A DNA stretch of 64,000 nt, taken from the NCBI GenBank assembly GCA_045595365.1, contig JAZOAI010000035.1:5049-69048 (forward strand). Direction: 5' to 3'. The notes under the pieces were generated by a model that was not told the DNA's origin, did no database searches, and worked only from the letters and a program-made list of their open reading frames with translations. The stretch's first letter is position 1. Every line of letters starts with the position of its first letter. A program made the translations under genes and the position numbers. Of this stretch, positions 48,893 to 59,890 are shown piece after piece. The DNA comes from Eubacteriales bacterium. Lineage in GTDB: Bacteria > Bacillota > Clostridia > Oscillospirales > JAAYXM01.

Positions 48893-49600
48893 ATGAAAAA
48901 AAGCAGGGATTCAAGAGATATTTTTGCAGTTTTTAAGCCCGGAAGCTTTATGGAAGGCGCGACAACCGGTGAAAAGCTCCGCTATTGGTTTAAAAATGTG
49001 TATTGGTATCACTTTAAAATTGCCACATTCGCTGCAATCTTTTTGATAATCTGTGTTTGCACATTTATTTCCGATGTGTTTTTCCGCGAATACAATGATT
49101 TGGATTATATCCTTGCAGGCGCGCTCTTTGCAGACAGCCAGACGCTTGATGCCTTAACTGAGAAGATTGGCTCTTTTGTTGTAACTGACGATAATGAGCC
49201 GCCTGAAATCGGAAGACAGATGCTCTGCACCCAAAGCGTTATGGGCACGGGCGACCAGGCACTTGCAATAGATGAGTATGTCAGTGCAAGCATAGAAAAA
49301 ATAGCCATAAGCATGGCGGACGACGAGATTCTTCTCTTCTTTTTAGACAAGCGGTACATAGACTGGTATGCAGAGCAGGGTGCATTTGAGCCGCTCTCAA
49401 ACCTCGGAATAGAAAGCGAAAACGAATATTTCGTGCGCGTTGATACAACCGCTTTCTTTGATTCTTTCAATATTTCCCATGAAACCGGAATATATGCCGG
49501 AATTAAAGTTAAAAACAAAGCGCGCCTTAAAAACGAACGTATAGTCCAGAAATATGAAAACGCAACCCGCGTCCTCGCGGGCATCCTTGCCGGAGGCTGA
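48893..49600 (+). CDS. Hypothetical single-pass membrane protein (235 aa)
   Basis: aaggag RBS 6 nt upstream. One TM helix (FKIATFAAIFLIICVCTFI) followed by a ~165-aa acidic domain. No family recognised. Confidence 0.55.
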   Translation: MKKSRDSRDIFAVFKPGSFMEGATTGEKLRYWFKNVYWYHFKIATFAAIFLIICVCTFISDVFFREYNDLDYILAGALFADSQTLDALTEKIGSFVVTDDNEPPEIGRQMLCTQSVMGTGDQALAIDEYVSASIEKIAISMADDEILLFFLDKRYIDWYAEQGAFEPLSNLGIESENEYFVRVDTTAFFDSFNISHETGIYAGIKVKNKARLKNERIVQKYENATRVLAGILAGG

Positions 49601-49605
49601 TTACA

Positions 49606-50979
49606 ATGGGACTTTTTCCAAAGCAGAAAGGAATGGCTCATTTAGAGAGAAACGTTAGCCCCACCAAAATAATTCTCGGGGTTTTTCTCGCTATAATTCT
49701 CACAGGCGCACTCCTTCTGATGCTCCCGCTCTCCTCCTCAACTGCAAAATCAACCGATTTTCTGACAGCGCTTTTCACATCGACAAGCGCAACCTGTGTT
49801 ACAGGGCTTATAGTGGTTGATACTCTCTCTCACTGGTCCCGCTTCGGACAGGTTGTTATCCTTCTCCTCATCCAGTGCGGGGGGCTGGGCTTTATGGCTT
49901 TTGCAACCGTTTTTTCTCTCGTTCTGCACCGAAAAATTTCCCTCAAAGAACGGCTTATCATGTCTCAGTCCTTTTCGGGAGATGGGCTTTCAGGGGTCGT
50001 GCGCCTTACCCAGCACATTCTCATCAGAACTTTTATTTTCGAGATATGCGGCGCACTTATCCTCTCTACAAGATTTATCCCTGAATACGGGCTCGGAGAA
50101 GGCCTTTTTATGAGTATCTTCCATGCAGTTTCCGCTTTCTGCAATGCAGGCTTTGACATAATCGGAGTTTCTGCCGACCACATCGGCAGTATGAGCAAAT
50201 ACGTGGGAGACCCGGTTATATGTCTCACACTCCCCGCCCTTATGATTTTGGGAGGGCTTGGCTTCTTTGTATGGGAGGATGTCCTTGGGAAGAAAAAGCT
50301 CTCAAAATTCAATTTCCACACAAAGCTTGTCCTTCTCACCACCACTGCCCTTCTTCTTGGCGGAACGTTTTTGTTCCTTCTGTTTGAGTATGATAATGCT
50401 GCAACAATCGGAAACCTTTCGTTTTCCAACAAGCTTCTCGCTTCTTTTTTTCAGGCATCTACAACGAGAACGGCGGGCTTTTGCACCTTTTCGCAGCATA
50501 ATATGTCGTCCTCATCAAAAATACTTTCAATTTTTCTTATGTTCATAGGCGGGTCTCCCGGCTCTACCGCAGGAGGAATCAAAACCGTCACACTGGCAGT
50601 CCTTATTCTCACCGCCTTCTCCATAATGAGAGGCCGCGCCGAGATTACCGCATTTGAGCGCAGAATTTCACCTCAGACAATATTTAAGGCTATTACAGTT
50701 ATGATAGCTGCGGCGTTTCTCGCAGCATCTGCTTCCATAATGATCGCTCAGACAAACAACATTGATATGATAAATGCCGTATTTGAAAGCGTGTCTGCAT
50801 TTTCAACAACAGGCCTTTCCACCGGAATAACTTCCCAGCTCAACACGGTCTCGCAGATAACCCTCATCCTTCTTATGTACTTAGGGCGCGTAGGTCTTCT
50901 TACGCTGAGCATCGGGCTTATTGCAAAGCGAAAGCCCTCAAAGATAAGCTACACTGAAGGCAAGCTCATAATCGGTTAG
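49606..50979 (+). CDS. TrkH/KtrB-family potassium uptake membrane subunit
   Basis: 457 aa and polytopic. Repeated pore-loop motifs (SATCVTG, FCNAGFD, TRTAGF, STTGLSTG) typical of Trk/Ktr/HKT. Confidence 0.9.
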   Translation: MGLFPKQKGMAHLERNVSPTKIILGVFLAIILTGALLLMLPLSSSTAKSTDFLTALFTSTSATCVTGLIVVDTLSHWSRFGQVVILLLIQCGGLGFMAFATVFSLVLHRKISLKERLIMSQSFSGDGLSGVVRLTQHILIRTFIFEICGALILSTRFIPEYGLGEGLFMSIFHAVSAFCNAGFDIIGVSADHIGSMSKYVGDPVICLTLPALMILGGLGFFVWEDVLGKKKLSKFNFHTKLVLLTTTALLLGGTFLFLLFEYDNAATIGNLSFSNKLLASFFQASTTRTAGFCTFSQHNMSSSSKILSIFLMFIGGSPGSTAGGIKTVTLAVLILTAFSIMRGRAEITAFERRISPQTIFKAITVMIAAAFLAASASIMIAQTNNIDMINAVFESVSAFSTTGLSTGITSQLNTVSQITLILLMYLGRVGLLTLSIGLIAKRKPSKISYTEGKLIIG

Positions 50980-50996
50980 CAAATGGAGGTAAACAT

Positions 50997-51653
50997 ATGG
51001 ATTCTTTTCTTATAATAGGCATGGGCCGATTCGGAAGCTCTCTCGCTTTAGAACTCTCCAACCTCGGACATGACGTTCTCATTATTGACAGAAGCGAAGA
51101 TCGCGTTTCCCCGCTTGCCGACCACGTAACACACGCGGTAATCGGAGACGCTAAAGACGAAAGCGTTATGAACTCCATCGGAGCCCGCAACTTTGATGTT
51201 GCGGTTGTCGCTATGGCTAATAACATCGAAGACAGCGTTCTCATAACAATTATGCTTAAAGAAATGGGCGTTAAAAAAGTTATCGCAAAGGCGCAGAGCA
51301 TCCTTCATATGAAGATTCTTGAGCGGATAGGAGCCGATGTTACAGTGTTCCCCGAGCGCGATATGGGAAAGCGCCTTGCTCAACATCTTTCGGCTAAGAA
51401 CATAATAGACTTTATTGAGCTTTCGGAAGAATACAGCATCGTCGAAATAGAAGCTCCGTCTCAGTGGTTCGGCAAAAGCCTCGCCGAACTTAATATACGC
51501 GGGCAGTATGGCCTCAACGTCATCGCCGCGCGCGACAAAACAGCCCGCAATCTGACAGTTTCTCCCACTGCGGCATATATTATCCGCGAGGGCGACGTTC
51601 TCATCGTTATCGGCGAGAATGATTCTGTCAACAAGCTTCGGGATGGTCGCTGA
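50997..51653 (+). CDS. TrkA/KtrA-family potassium uptake regulatory subunit (RCK_N plus RCK_C)
   Basis: 218 aa. Rossmann motif IIGMGRFGSSLA and a C-terminal TrkA_C domain. Confidence 0.9.
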   Translation: MDSFLIIGMGRFGSSLALELSNLGHDVLIIDRSEDRVSPLADHVTHAVIGDAKDESVMNSIGARNFDVAVVAMANNIEDSVLITIMLKEMGVKKVIAKAQSILHMKILERIGADVTVFPERDMGKRLAQHLSAKNIIDFIELSEEYSIVEIEAPSQWFGKSLAELNIRGQYGLNVIAARDKTARNLTVSPTAAYIIREGDVLIVIGENDSVNKLRDGR

Positions 51654-52408
51654 TGGAAAGAATCAGCAGTCGGCAGAATCCGACGGTAAAAAAACTTCGG
51701 GCACTTTCGAAAGACAAGGATTTCCGCAATTCGTGCGGAGAGTTTGTGTGCGACGGCGAAAAGCTTTTTTCTGAAGCGCTCTCTGAGAATTTTGAAATAA
51801 CCGCAATACTTGCAAGTGAGAACTTTGCAGAAAAGCTTCCGAATCTCCCGGGAGTTGCCTGCTATGTCGCTCCGCAGGATATTCTTGAGAGCGTGACAAC
51901 GCTCAAAAGCGCACAGAATGTAATTTTCTCCTGCCGGATGCGAAGCTCTGCCCCTGAGAAAATATCCCGCGCAATTCTCCTTGACAGACTTCAGGACACC
52001 GGAAATATAGGAACTATCATCCGGACAGCAGATGCTTTTGGAATAGATGCGGTTTTCTGTGATGGCACAGCAGACATCTATAACCCTAAAACTATCCGCT
52101 CGGCGATGGGTTCGATTTTCAGAGTTCCTGTCATTCAGGAAAGCTTTGATTCTCTTATTCCGTCTCTCCGGAGCGAAGGAAGTCGTGTATACTGCTCCGA
52201 GCTTTACGGCAACGTGAAGTCAATTTCAGAGTGTGACCTCAAAGATACCTTTGTTGTTATAGGCAACGAGGGAAACGGCGTTCGCCCTGAAATTTCCGCG
52301 CTTTGCGACGGAAGTATTATAATCCCGATGTTGGGCGGCGCAGAATCTCTCAACGCGGCAGTCGCCGCCGCAATATTTATGTATGAAATGAGTGGGAAGA
52401 ATGATTGA
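51653..52408 (+). CDS. TrmH/SpoU-family RNA 2'-O-methyltransferase
   Basis: SPOUT motifs QDTGNIGTIIRTA, VIGNEGNGV, ESLNAAVAAAI. The N-terminal substrate-binding domain begins SSRQNPTVKKLR. Confidence 0.88.
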   Translation: MERISSRQNPTVKKLRALSKDKDFRNSCGEFVCDGEKLFSEALSENFEITAILASENFAEKLPNLPGVACYVAPQDILESVTTLKSAQNVIFSCRMRSSAPEKISRAILLDRLQDTGNIGTIIRTADAFGIDAVFCDGTADIYNPKTIRSAMGSIFRVPVIQESFDSLIPSLRSEGSRVYCSELYGNVKSISECDLKDTFVVIGNEGNGVRPEISALCDGSIIIPMLGGAESLNAAVAAAIFMYEMSGKND

Positions 52409-53561
52409 CACAGAAATGTGGGTATGGTTTTCAGAAGCCCTTTATAAAGGCTCCCGAAAGGCCTCCTCGCTTCTTGCTCTCTTTTCTGATATTTCAAAGA
52501 TATACGAGGCTGACCGGGAAACGCTTCTCTCCTGCGAGGTTCCGCTTTCCGAAAAAGAGCTTGAACGCCTCTCCTCAAAAAGCCTTAACCGTGCGCGTAA
52601 AATTATTTCAGACTGTGAAAAGGAAGGGATTCGCATAATAACCCGTGCATCCCGCGAATATCCCGCACGGCTTCTTGAAATCCCCGACGCGCCTGCGCTT
52701 CTGTATGCAAAGGGTAAGCCCTTATCCGTAGATAATGACGCTACTATAGCAGTTGTCGGAACGCGAAGGGCATCCGCCCAAGGTCAAAGCGCCGCAAAAA
52801 AGATTTCTGAGGAACTTGCCCGGTTTTCGGGGGTTGTAGTAAGCGGAATGGCGCGCGGAATTGACGGCCTCTCAATGGAATCAGCCTTGAATGCCGGTGG
52901 CTATGTAATAGGCGTTTTAGGATGCGGGCTTGACATATGCTATCCCCGCGAGAATAAAGCTCTTATGAAGCGGATTGAAAAAGAAGGAACTCTCCTTAGC
53001 GAATATCCTCCGAAAACAAAGCCGGACAGAATAAATTTCCCCAAACGAAACAGAATAGTCAGCGGAATCTCTCTTGGCACAATCGTCATCGAAGCTCCCG
53101 AGAGGAGTGGGGCGCTCATAACGGCAAGAATTGCCCTTGAGCAGAACAGAGATGTTTTCGCTGTTCCATCCGGAATCTTCGAGGTCTCAGCAGAGGGCTC
53201 AAACGCGCTCATCCGTGCAGGTGCGATTCCTGTTATGTCGGGGCGCGATGTTATCTCGGAATACGCACATCTTTTCCCCGAAAAAATCAATATGAATATT
53301 AAAGAGAAGAAAACCTCAAAATCCGCGTCTGAAAAAAGCAAGGAGAAAGAAGCTTCTCTTTCTCCCTCTTTTCTTTCGGCGCACTCGCCCGACGAGCAGG
53401 CTGTCCTCACAGCAATTTCAGGCACAAATCATCGGCCAGACGAAATTTCTGCCGCCTGCAATATGCCGATGGCGAAGGTTCTCTCTCTTCTCACACTTCT
53501 CGAAATACGAGGAAGTATAAAGCAGCTTCCCGGAAGCCGTTTTGAAATCAAGAATAACTAA
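52401..53561 (+). CDS. dprA: DNA processing/protecting protein DprA (Smf)
   Basis: Rossmann-like core VGTRRAS...VVSGMARGIDG...FPKRNRIVSG...GALITA. Start uncertain: the ATG at 52401 overlaps the upstream stop, and the ORF track opens at the GTG at 52392. Confidence 0.9.
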   Translation: MIDTEMWVWFSEALYKGSRKASSLLALFSDISKIYEADRETLLSCEVPLSEKELERLSSKSLNRARKIISDCEKEGIRIITRASREYPARLLEIPDAPALLYAKGKPLSVDNDATIAVVGTRRASAQGQSAAKKISEELARFSGVVVSGMARGIDGLSMESALNAGGYVIGVLGCGLDICYPRENKALMKRIEKEGTLLSEYPPKTKPDRINFPKRNRIVSGISLGTIVIEAPERSGALITARIALEQNRDVFAVPSGIFEVSAEGSNALIRAGAIPVMSGRDVISEYAHLFPEKINMNIKEKKTSKSASEKSKEKEASLSPSFLSAHSPDEQAVLTAISGTNHRPDEISAACNMPMAKVLSLLTLLEIRGSIKQLPGSRFEIKNN

Positions 53562-53576
53562 AAGGAGTTACTGTGT

Positions 53577-55769
53577 ATGTCATATCTTGTAATAGTGGAG
53601 TCGCCCACCAAGGTTAAAACAATCGGCAAGCATCTTGGAAGCAAGTATACAGTCAAGGCATCTATGGGACACTTGCGCGACCTTCCCAAAAGTGATATAG
53701 GAATAGATATTGACGGCGGCTTTGTCCCGAAATATCTTGCAATACGCGGAAAGAGCGCTCTTATCCGTGAGCTTCGCGCACTCGCGGCAGAAAGCGACGC
53801 CATCTATCTCGCAACTGACCCTGACCGCGAAGGAGAGGCAATTTCGTGGCATCTTAAAGAGCTTCTTGAGCTTGATGAGAAAAAGACAAAACGCGTAACT
53901 TTTAATGAAATTACTAAAAATGCAATTCTCGAGGGAATTAAAAAGCCCCGTGATATAGACGAAAACCTTGTAAACGCGCAACAGGCGCGCCGGCTTCTTG
54001 ACAGAATCGTCGGATATAAGCTTTCTCCACTTCTCTGGAAAAAGGTCCGGTACGGGCTTTCAGCAGGGCGTGTGCAGTCCGTTGCAACACGACTTGTAAT
54101 TGACAGAGAAAACGAGATTCGAGACTTTGTCCCCCGCGAGTTCTGGACCATTGATGCGAACTTTTCAAGAATTGCGCCGAAAATCGGGAGCTTCTCCGCA
54201 AAGTTCTACGGGACCGAAGACAAGAAGATTGAACCGGCAACGGCCGAGGAAACAAACTCAATTATCGAAAGCATCAGGAATGCAAACTTTTTCGTAAAAT
54301 CCATAAAACGCGCTCAGAAAAAGCGTTCACCCGTCCCCCCGTTTATTACCTCAACTCTCCAACAGGAGGCTTCCCGCCGTTTCGGGATGTCTCCGAGCCG
54401 CACAATGGCTATTGCCCAGCAGCTTTATGAAGGAATTGAGGTTGACGGCATGGGGCTCACGGGTCTTATCACCTATATGAGAACCGACTCTCTGAGACTT
54501 GCCGACGAGGCTGTATATGCCGTCAGAAACTATATTAACTCAACCTTCGGAGAAGACTACTGCCCGAAGTCCGCGCGGGTTTTCAAAACTAAAAAAAGCG
54601 CTCAGGATGCACACGAGGCAATTCGCCCGGCATACGTTGAGCTTACTCCCGATAAGCTGAAAAAGAATCTGACATCAGACCAATATAAGCTCTATCGCAT
54701 AATCTGGTCGCGCTTCGTTGCCTGCCAGATGGAAAGCGCAGTATATAACACTATGAGCGTTGATATTGCCGCAAACGAATACATCTTCCGCGCGACAAGC
54801 TCTAAAATAGCCTTCAAGGGCTATACAGCTGTTTATTCCGATATGGCTGCAGAGGCAGAAGATGCTCAGGCCAGCTCTCTCCCCGAGCTTTCTGAGAACG
54901 AAAAGCTCATATTTGAAGGCGAGTATAGTGAACAGCATTTTACCACTCCCCCTGCTCGCTATACTGACGGCAGTCTTATCAAGGCTATGGAAGAAAAGGG
55001 CGTTGGGCGGCCGAGTACGTACGCCCCAACAATCTCAACAATTCTTGACCGCGAATATGTTATAAAAGAAGGTAAGAGCTTAAAGCCCACCCCTCTCGGC
55101 GAGGTCGTAAACGGGCTTATGGTTGAGCAGTTTTCCGACATTATAGACGTTGAGTTCACGGCACATATGGAAGAGCAGCTTGACGAGGTCGAAGCAGGAA
55201 ACAAGGACTGGAAAAAGACTCTTGAGGATTTCTATGGTCCCTTCGCAGAGGAGCTTGAGGAGGCAGAGCGCGCCCTTGAGGGCAAACGCCTGAAGGTTCC
55301 CGACGAGGTTACGGACATCGTCTGCGAGCTTTGCGGAAAAAATATGGTGGTGAAATCGGGCCGCTTCGGAAAATTCCTTGCCTGCCCCGGTTTCCCTGAA
55401 TGTAAGAACACAAAGGCTATAGTTGAAGCAACTCCCGGCGAATGCCCCGAATGCGGCGGCCAGATTCTCAAGAAAAAGTCGAAAAACGGATACTGGTACT
55501 ACGGCTGTGAAAAGTTCCCGGAATGCACCTTTATGACCTGGGATGTCCCGCAGAAGGAAAAATGTGAGGTATGCGGCAAAACACTTTACAAACGCTCGGG
55601 CCGCGGCTCGAAGAAGATGTTCTGTGCAAACCCGAAATGTGAAAAATACGAACCGCAGGAAGACAGAAGCAAGGCTTCCGAGAAGAAAAAGGCTTCTTCA
55701 AAAACCGCAAAGAAGGCAGTTAAAAAAACCACATCAAAAAAGAGTTCGGAGAAGAAAAAGAGTGAGTAA
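53577..55769 (+). CDS. topA: DNA topoisomerase I
   Basis: [19 protein letters not shown]...DPDREGE, active-site Tyr region ITYMRTDS, three C-terminal Cys4 zinc ribbons, and a Lys/Ser-rich tail. Confidence 0.97.
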   Translation: MSYLVIVESPTKVKTIGKHLGSKYTVKASMGHLRDLPKSDIGIDIDGGFVPKYLAIRGKSALIRELRALAAESDAIYLATDPDREGEAISWHLKELLELDEKKTKRVTFNEITKNAILEGIKKPRDIDENLVNAQQARRLLDRIVGYKLSPLLWKKVRYGLSAGRVQSVATRLVIDRENEIRDFVPREFWTIDANFSRIAPKIGSFSAKFYGTEDKKIEPATAEETNSIIESIRNANFFVKSIKRAQKKRSPVPPFITSTLQQEASRRFGMSPSRTMAIAQQLYEGIEVDGMGLTGLITYMRTDSLRLADEAVYAVRNYINSTFGEDYCPKSARVFKTKKSAQDAHEAIRPAYVELTPDKLKKNLTSDQYKLYRIIWSRFVACQMESAVYNTMSVDIAANEYIFRATSSKIAFKGYTAVYSDMAAEAEDAQASSLPELSENEKLIFEGEYSEQHFTTPPARYTDGSLIKAMEEKGVGRPSTYAPTISTILDREYVIKEGKSLKPTPLGEVVNGLMVEQFSDIIDVEFTAHMEEQLDEVEAGNKDWKKTLEDFYGPFAEELEEAERALEGKRLKVPDEVTDIVCELCGKNMVVKSGRFGKFLACPGFPECKNTKAIVEATPGECPECGGQILKKKSKNGYWYYGCEKFPECTFMTWDVPQKEKCEVCGKTLYKRSGRGSKKMFCANPKCEKYEPQEDRSKASEKKKASSKTAKKAVKKTTSKKSSEKKKSE

Positions 55770-57087
55770 TGCATACGTTATAGGAGCGGGGCTTGCGGGG
55801 TGCGAAGCTGCCTGGCAGCTTGCCGAGCGAGGTGTAGATGTCACCCTTTTTGAGATGAAGCCCGAAAAAAAGACTCCCGCGCATAAATCAGACGGTTTTG
55901 CAGAGCTTGTCTGCTCAAACTCTCTCCGCGCGGCAGCGCTTGAAAATGCAGTTGGGCTCTTAAAAGAGGAGATGCGCCGTCTTAATTCCATAATTATGCA
56001 GGCTGCAGACTCTACCCGCGTTGAAGCAGGCGGTGCGCTTGCAGTTGACCGCGAAAGGTTTTCCGAGTATATTACCGAAAGCATTAAAAATCATAAGCAT
56101 ATAACCGTGAAGCATCTGGAGATAGAAGAGCTTCCTGACGTCCGCCCGCTGATCGTCGCAACCGGCCCGCTTACGCAGGAGCCTCTTGCGTCTTCCATTC
56201 GCGAAAAGCTCGGCTCTGACGAGTTTTTGGGTTTTTTTGATGCGGCGGCACCTATCGTTACGTTTGACAGCATAGATATGAACAGCGCATACTTTAAGTC
56301 GCGATATGACAAAGGCAGTGCCGATTATATCAACTGCCCGATGACTGAAGCCCAGTACACGGCGTTTGTAAACGAGCTTGTCTCTGCAGAGTGTGCGCTT
56401 CTTCACGGGTTTGAAGATTCATCTGTTTTTGAGGGGTGTATGCCGGTTGAGGTTATGGCAAAGCGCGGATTTGAAACCCTGCGTTTCGGCCCGCTCAAGC
56501 CCGTAGGGCTTCGCGACCCGAAAACGGGGCAGACGCCTTATGCCGTAGTTCAGCTTCGCCGCGATAACCGCGAAGGCACGCTGTATAACCTTGTAGGATT
56601 TCAAACGCATCTCAAATTCGGAGAGCAAAAAAGAGTTTTTTCGATGATTCCGGCGCTTAAAAATGCGGAATTTGTCAGATACGGCGTTATGCATAGAAAT
56701 ACATATATTAAATCTCCGGAGCTTTTGAATCGGGATTACTCGCTCCGAGGCGACGATATGTTATACTTTGCAGGGCAGATGACAGGCGTTGAGGGGTATG
56801 TTGAATCCGCAGCTTCCGGGCTACTCGCGGGTCTTTCGCTTGCGTGCAAGCTTTGCGGCAAGGAGGTTCCGCAGTTTCCTCAGGAAACTGCGATAGGCGC
56901 GCTTTCTGTGTATGTAAGCTCCGGGAGTATCGGCGATTTTCAGCCGATGAACATAACCTTCGGCATCATTCCTCCGCTTTCTGAGCGAATTCGTGTAAAA
57001 AAAGAGAAGAACGCGGCGCTTGCGAAACGTTCTCTTGACATAATAGACAGGATTTCCGAAAATTTACGAGGGGATGAAAACATATGA
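55762..57087 (+). CDS. trmFO: Methylenetetrahydrofolate--tRNA-(uracil54-C5)-methyltransferase TrmFO (Gid)
   Basis: The GTG at 55762 gives [21 protein letters not shown] (FAD-binding GxGxxG) and a ~441-aa product of normal TrmFO length. The ORF-track start at 55543 lies inside topA in another frame. Confidence 0.92.
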   Translation: MSNAYVIGAGLAGCEAAWQLAERGVDVTLFEMKPEKKTPAHKSDGFAELVCSNSLRAAALENAVGLLKEEMRRLNSIIMQAADSTRVEAGGALAVDRERFSEYITESIKNHKHITVKHLEIEELPDVRPLIVATGPLTQEPLASSIREKLGSDEFLGFFDAAAPIVTFDSIDMNSAYFKSRYDKGSADYINCPMTEAQYTAFVNELVSAECALLHGFEDSSVFEGCMPVEVMAKRGFETLRFGPLKPVGLRDPKTGQTPYAVVQLRRDNREGTLYNLVGFQTHLKFGEQKRVFSMIPALKNAEFVRYGVMHRNTYIKSPELLNRDYSLRGDDMLYFAGQMTGVEGYVESAASGLLAGLSLACKLCGKEVPQFPQETAIGALSVYVSSGSIGDFQPMNITFGIIPPLSERIRVKKEKNAALAKRSLDIIDRISENLRGDENI

Positions 57088-58109
57088 GAATTATACTTGA
57101 TACGATGGGCAGCGACAACGGTGCTGCAGAGTTTGTCCGGGGAGCATATATGGCCCTTGATACTCTTGATATTGATATTTCCCTTGTCGGAAATGAGAAG
57201 GAGCTTCTCTCGCTTGTTTCGGAAGCCGACCCGGAAGGGAAGTTTAAAGACAGAATCTCCGTTATCAACGCGAGCGAGGTTGTAGATATGAACGATGACC
57301 CGCTCGCTGTTATGAAATCAAAGCCTGATTCTTCAATGATTGTTGCACTGAAGCTTTTAGCCGAAGGCGCTGGGGATGCTCTTGTATCAGGTGGCAATAC
57401 CGGCGCGCTCCTTACCCAGGCAACGCTTATATTAAAGAGGATTCGCGGAATCCGCCGTGCGGCGCTTGCTCCGATTACGCCGACAGCCTCAGGTTCATCT
57501 CTTCTTATTGACAGCGGAGCAAACGCAGAATGCACACCCGAATATCTCTACCAATTCGCACTTATGGGTTCCTTCTATGCTGAGCATACTATAGGTATCC
57601 CCGCACCACGAGTCGGGCTTCTCAACAACGGCGCTGAGGAGCATAAAGGTGACGAGCTTCACCGCGAGGCCCATAAGCTTCTCCTTGATGCACACAACAG
57701 AGGTGAAATAAACTTTATCGGAAACATTGAAGGGCGCGACGGCCCGCTCGGCGCGGCTGACGTTATCGTCTCTGACGGCTTTTCCGGCAATATCTACCTC
57801 AAAACAATGGAAGGCATCGGCCTTTTCTTCACAAAAGAGCTTAAAAATATTTTTTATTCATCCCTTATCGGAAAGCTCTCGGGGCTTTTGCTCAAATCGG
57901 CAATCAACTCCTTCCGCAAGAAGGTGGACTATAACAACGCAGGCGGTGCCCCGCTTCTTGGTGTCAGAAGACCTGTCATCAAGGCTCACGGCTCTGCAAA
58001 AGCTGTCGCGATTTGCAACTGCATAATTCAGGCGAAGGAATATTCTGATTCGGGTATAGCCGAAAAAATATCCCAAAGCCTTAAAAAAGAGGAAAAAACA
58101 GATGAGTAA
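57084..58109 (+). CDS. plsX: Phosphate acyltransferase PlsX
   Basis: [11 protein letters not shown] start, GGNTGA motif. ATGA overlap with trmFO. Confidence 0.95.
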   Translation: MRIILDTMGSDNGAAEFVRGAYMALDTLDIDISLVGNEKELLSLVSEADPEGKFKDRISVINASEVVDMNDDPLAVMKSKPDSSMIVALKLLAEGAGDALVSGGNTGALLTQATLILKRIRGIRRAALAPITPTASGSSLLIDSGANAECTPEYLYQFALMGSFYAEHTIGIPAPRVGLLNNGAEEHKGDELHREAHKLLLDAHNRGEINFIGNIEGRDGPLGAADVIVSDGFSGNIYLKTMEGIGLFFTKELKNIFYSSLIGKLSGLLLKSAINSFRKKVDYNNAGGAPLLGVRRPVIKAHGSAKAVAICNCIIQAKEYSDSGIAEKISQSLKKEEKTDE

Positions 58110-58806
58110 GACACCCGGTGCGCCCGATCTCGGTGCATTTCAAAAAAGAATAGGTTATTTCTTTAAAAACGAAGCTCTTCTCATAAACGCGCTCACCCAC
58201 AGCTCCTATGCAAACGAGAACAGGGCGAGCGGCATTCAGGATAATGAAAGACTTGAGTTTCTCGGTGATGCTGTGCTTGGTATGAACACCGCACTCTATC
58301 TTTTCAAGAAATACCCCGACGAGCCCGAGGGCGAAATGACGAAAATGCGCGCTTCTCTCGTCTGCACAGGGGCACTTTGTGAGCGCGCACGCGAAATAAA
58401 GCTTGGCGATGTCCTACTCCTTGGTCACGGTGAAGAAAGCGGTGGCGGACGTGAGCGTGACTCTATCCTTGCCGATGCTTTTGAGGCTATAATCGGCGCG
58501 ATATATCTCGATGCGGGAGAAGAAGAAGCTCTCCGTTTTATAAGAAAGTTTGTGTTCGACGGCGAGGGCGAGCTTTCGGGCAAAATATCCGACTACAAAA
58601 CAACGCTTCAGGAAATCGTTCAGAAAAACCGCGGTGAAAGGCTTTCTTACCGTATGCTCGAGTCCAACGGCCCCGACCACGAGCGAAGCTTCGTCGTTGA
58701 GGTTTTAATTAACAGCAACCCTGTCGGAAAAGGCGCCGGGCACAGCAAGAAGGAAGCTGAGCAGATGGCGGCAAGGGAAGCTCTGAAGCTTATGGGAATG
58801 GAATAA
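58102..58806 (+). CDS. rnc: Ribonuclease III
   Basis: Signature ERLEFLGDAVL and a C-terminal dsRBD (GHSKKEAEQMAAREAL). Confidence 0.96.
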   Translation: MSKTPGAPDLGAFQKRIGYFFKNEALLINALTHSSYANENRASGIQDNERLEFLGDAVLGMNTALYLFKKYPDEPEGEMTKMRASLVCTGALCERAREIKLGDVLLLGHGEESGGGRERDSILADAFEAIIGAIYLDAGEEEALRFIRKFVFDGEGELSGKISDYKTTLQEIVQKNRGERLSYRMLESNGPDHERSFVVEVLINSNPVGKGAGHSKKEAEQMAAREALKLMGME

Positions 58807-59822
58807 TGGGTTCTGTTATTCCGATTTTTATTCCGCACGTCGGATGTCCCCACGACTGTATCTTCTGTAATCAGAAGAAAATCGCAGGAACGCTTTCGCC
58901 CGTTGAGGCAGGCGAGGTTTCGCGTATAATTTCCGACTCACTCAAAAATGCAAAAACTCCCGCCGAGGTCGCTTTCTACGGCGGAAGTTTCACTGCAATT
59001 GAAAAAGGGCTCATGATTCGTTATCTCGAAGCTGTCTCCCCTTTTGTTGCAAGCGGAGATATTTCCGGTATCCGACTCTCAACACGCCCGGACTGCATAG
59101 ATGAAAGTATTCTGCAAACGCTTCTCAAATACAAGGTTGACACAATAGAGCTTGGCGTGCAGTCCATGGATGAATCTGTCCTTTTGAAATCGGGGAGAGG
59201 ACATACCGCCGAGGATACAAGGCGCGCAGCCACGCTTGTAAAAGGCTTCGGTTTTTCACTTATTCTTCAAATGATGACACATCTACCCGGTTCGGATGAT
59301 GAAAAAGATCTCTTTACTGCGAGAGAAATCGCCGCGCTTTCTCCTGACGGTGTCAGAGTTTACCCCACGGTTGTAATCAGAAACACAGGACTTGAGACCC
59401 TGTGGCACGAGGGAAAATACACTCCCGCAACCCCTGAAGAGGCCGCAGAGCTTGGCGCAGATATTATAGAAATCTTTGAAGCCGCGCAAATCCCCATAAT
59501 CCGCTTCGGCTTAAACCCCACAGATGAACTCTCGGGCGGCGAAGCGCTTGCAGGCGCATATCACCCCGCGCTTGGCGAAATGGCGCGCGGAGAAAGATTT
59601 CTCTCTCTTGCAAAAGCCGAGATTGAAAAGAAGGGCCTTTCGGGCGGCGAAGTAACGCTTTTTGTTCACCCGAAATGCGTCTCTTCCATGAGCGGGCTTA
59701 ATAAACGCAACAAAAAAACTCTCTCATCCCTTTTTGGCTTTGCGAAAATTTCCGTGCAGGGGGATGCCCGGCTTTCTGCCGGTGAGGTTCGCGTTTTGAG
59801 ACAGGCACACAAGGAAATATAA
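58806..59822 (+). CDS. Radical SAM protein (ELP3-like radical SAM core without acetyltransferase domain)
   Basis: N-terminal IPIFIPHVGCPHDCIFCNQ CxxxCxxC cluster motif. 338 aa. The start overlaps the rnc stop (taATG). Confidence 0.8.
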   Translation: MGSVIPIFIPHVGCPHDCIFCNQKKIAGTLSPVEAGEVSRIISDSLKNAKTPAEVAFYGGSFTAIEKGLMIRYLEAVSPFVASGDISGIRLSTRPDCIDESILQTLLKYKVDTIELGVQSMDESVLLKSGRGHTAEDTRRAATLVKGFGFSLILQMMTHLPGSDDEKDLFTAREIAALSPDGVRVYPTVVIRNTGLETLWHEGKYTPATPEEAAELGADIIEIFEAAQIPIIRFGLNPTDELSGGEALAGAYHPALGEMARGERFLSLAKAEIEKKGLSGGEVTLFVHPKCVSSMSGLNKRNKKTLSSLFGFAKISVQGDARLSAGEVRVLRQAHKEI

Positions 59823-59890
59823 GGCTTGAAAAAAAGGCCTTTTCGTGATAAAATGAATTATTAATCAGATACATACTAAGGAGGCTTGAC

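Noticed and set aside
55543-55761. N-terminal 73-codon extension of the trmFO ORF inside topA
   Set aside because: The extension is an alternative frame of the Lys-rich topA tail (an Arg/Lys-rich artefact). The GTG at 55762 gives a normal-length TrmFO starting at the FAD-binding motif.
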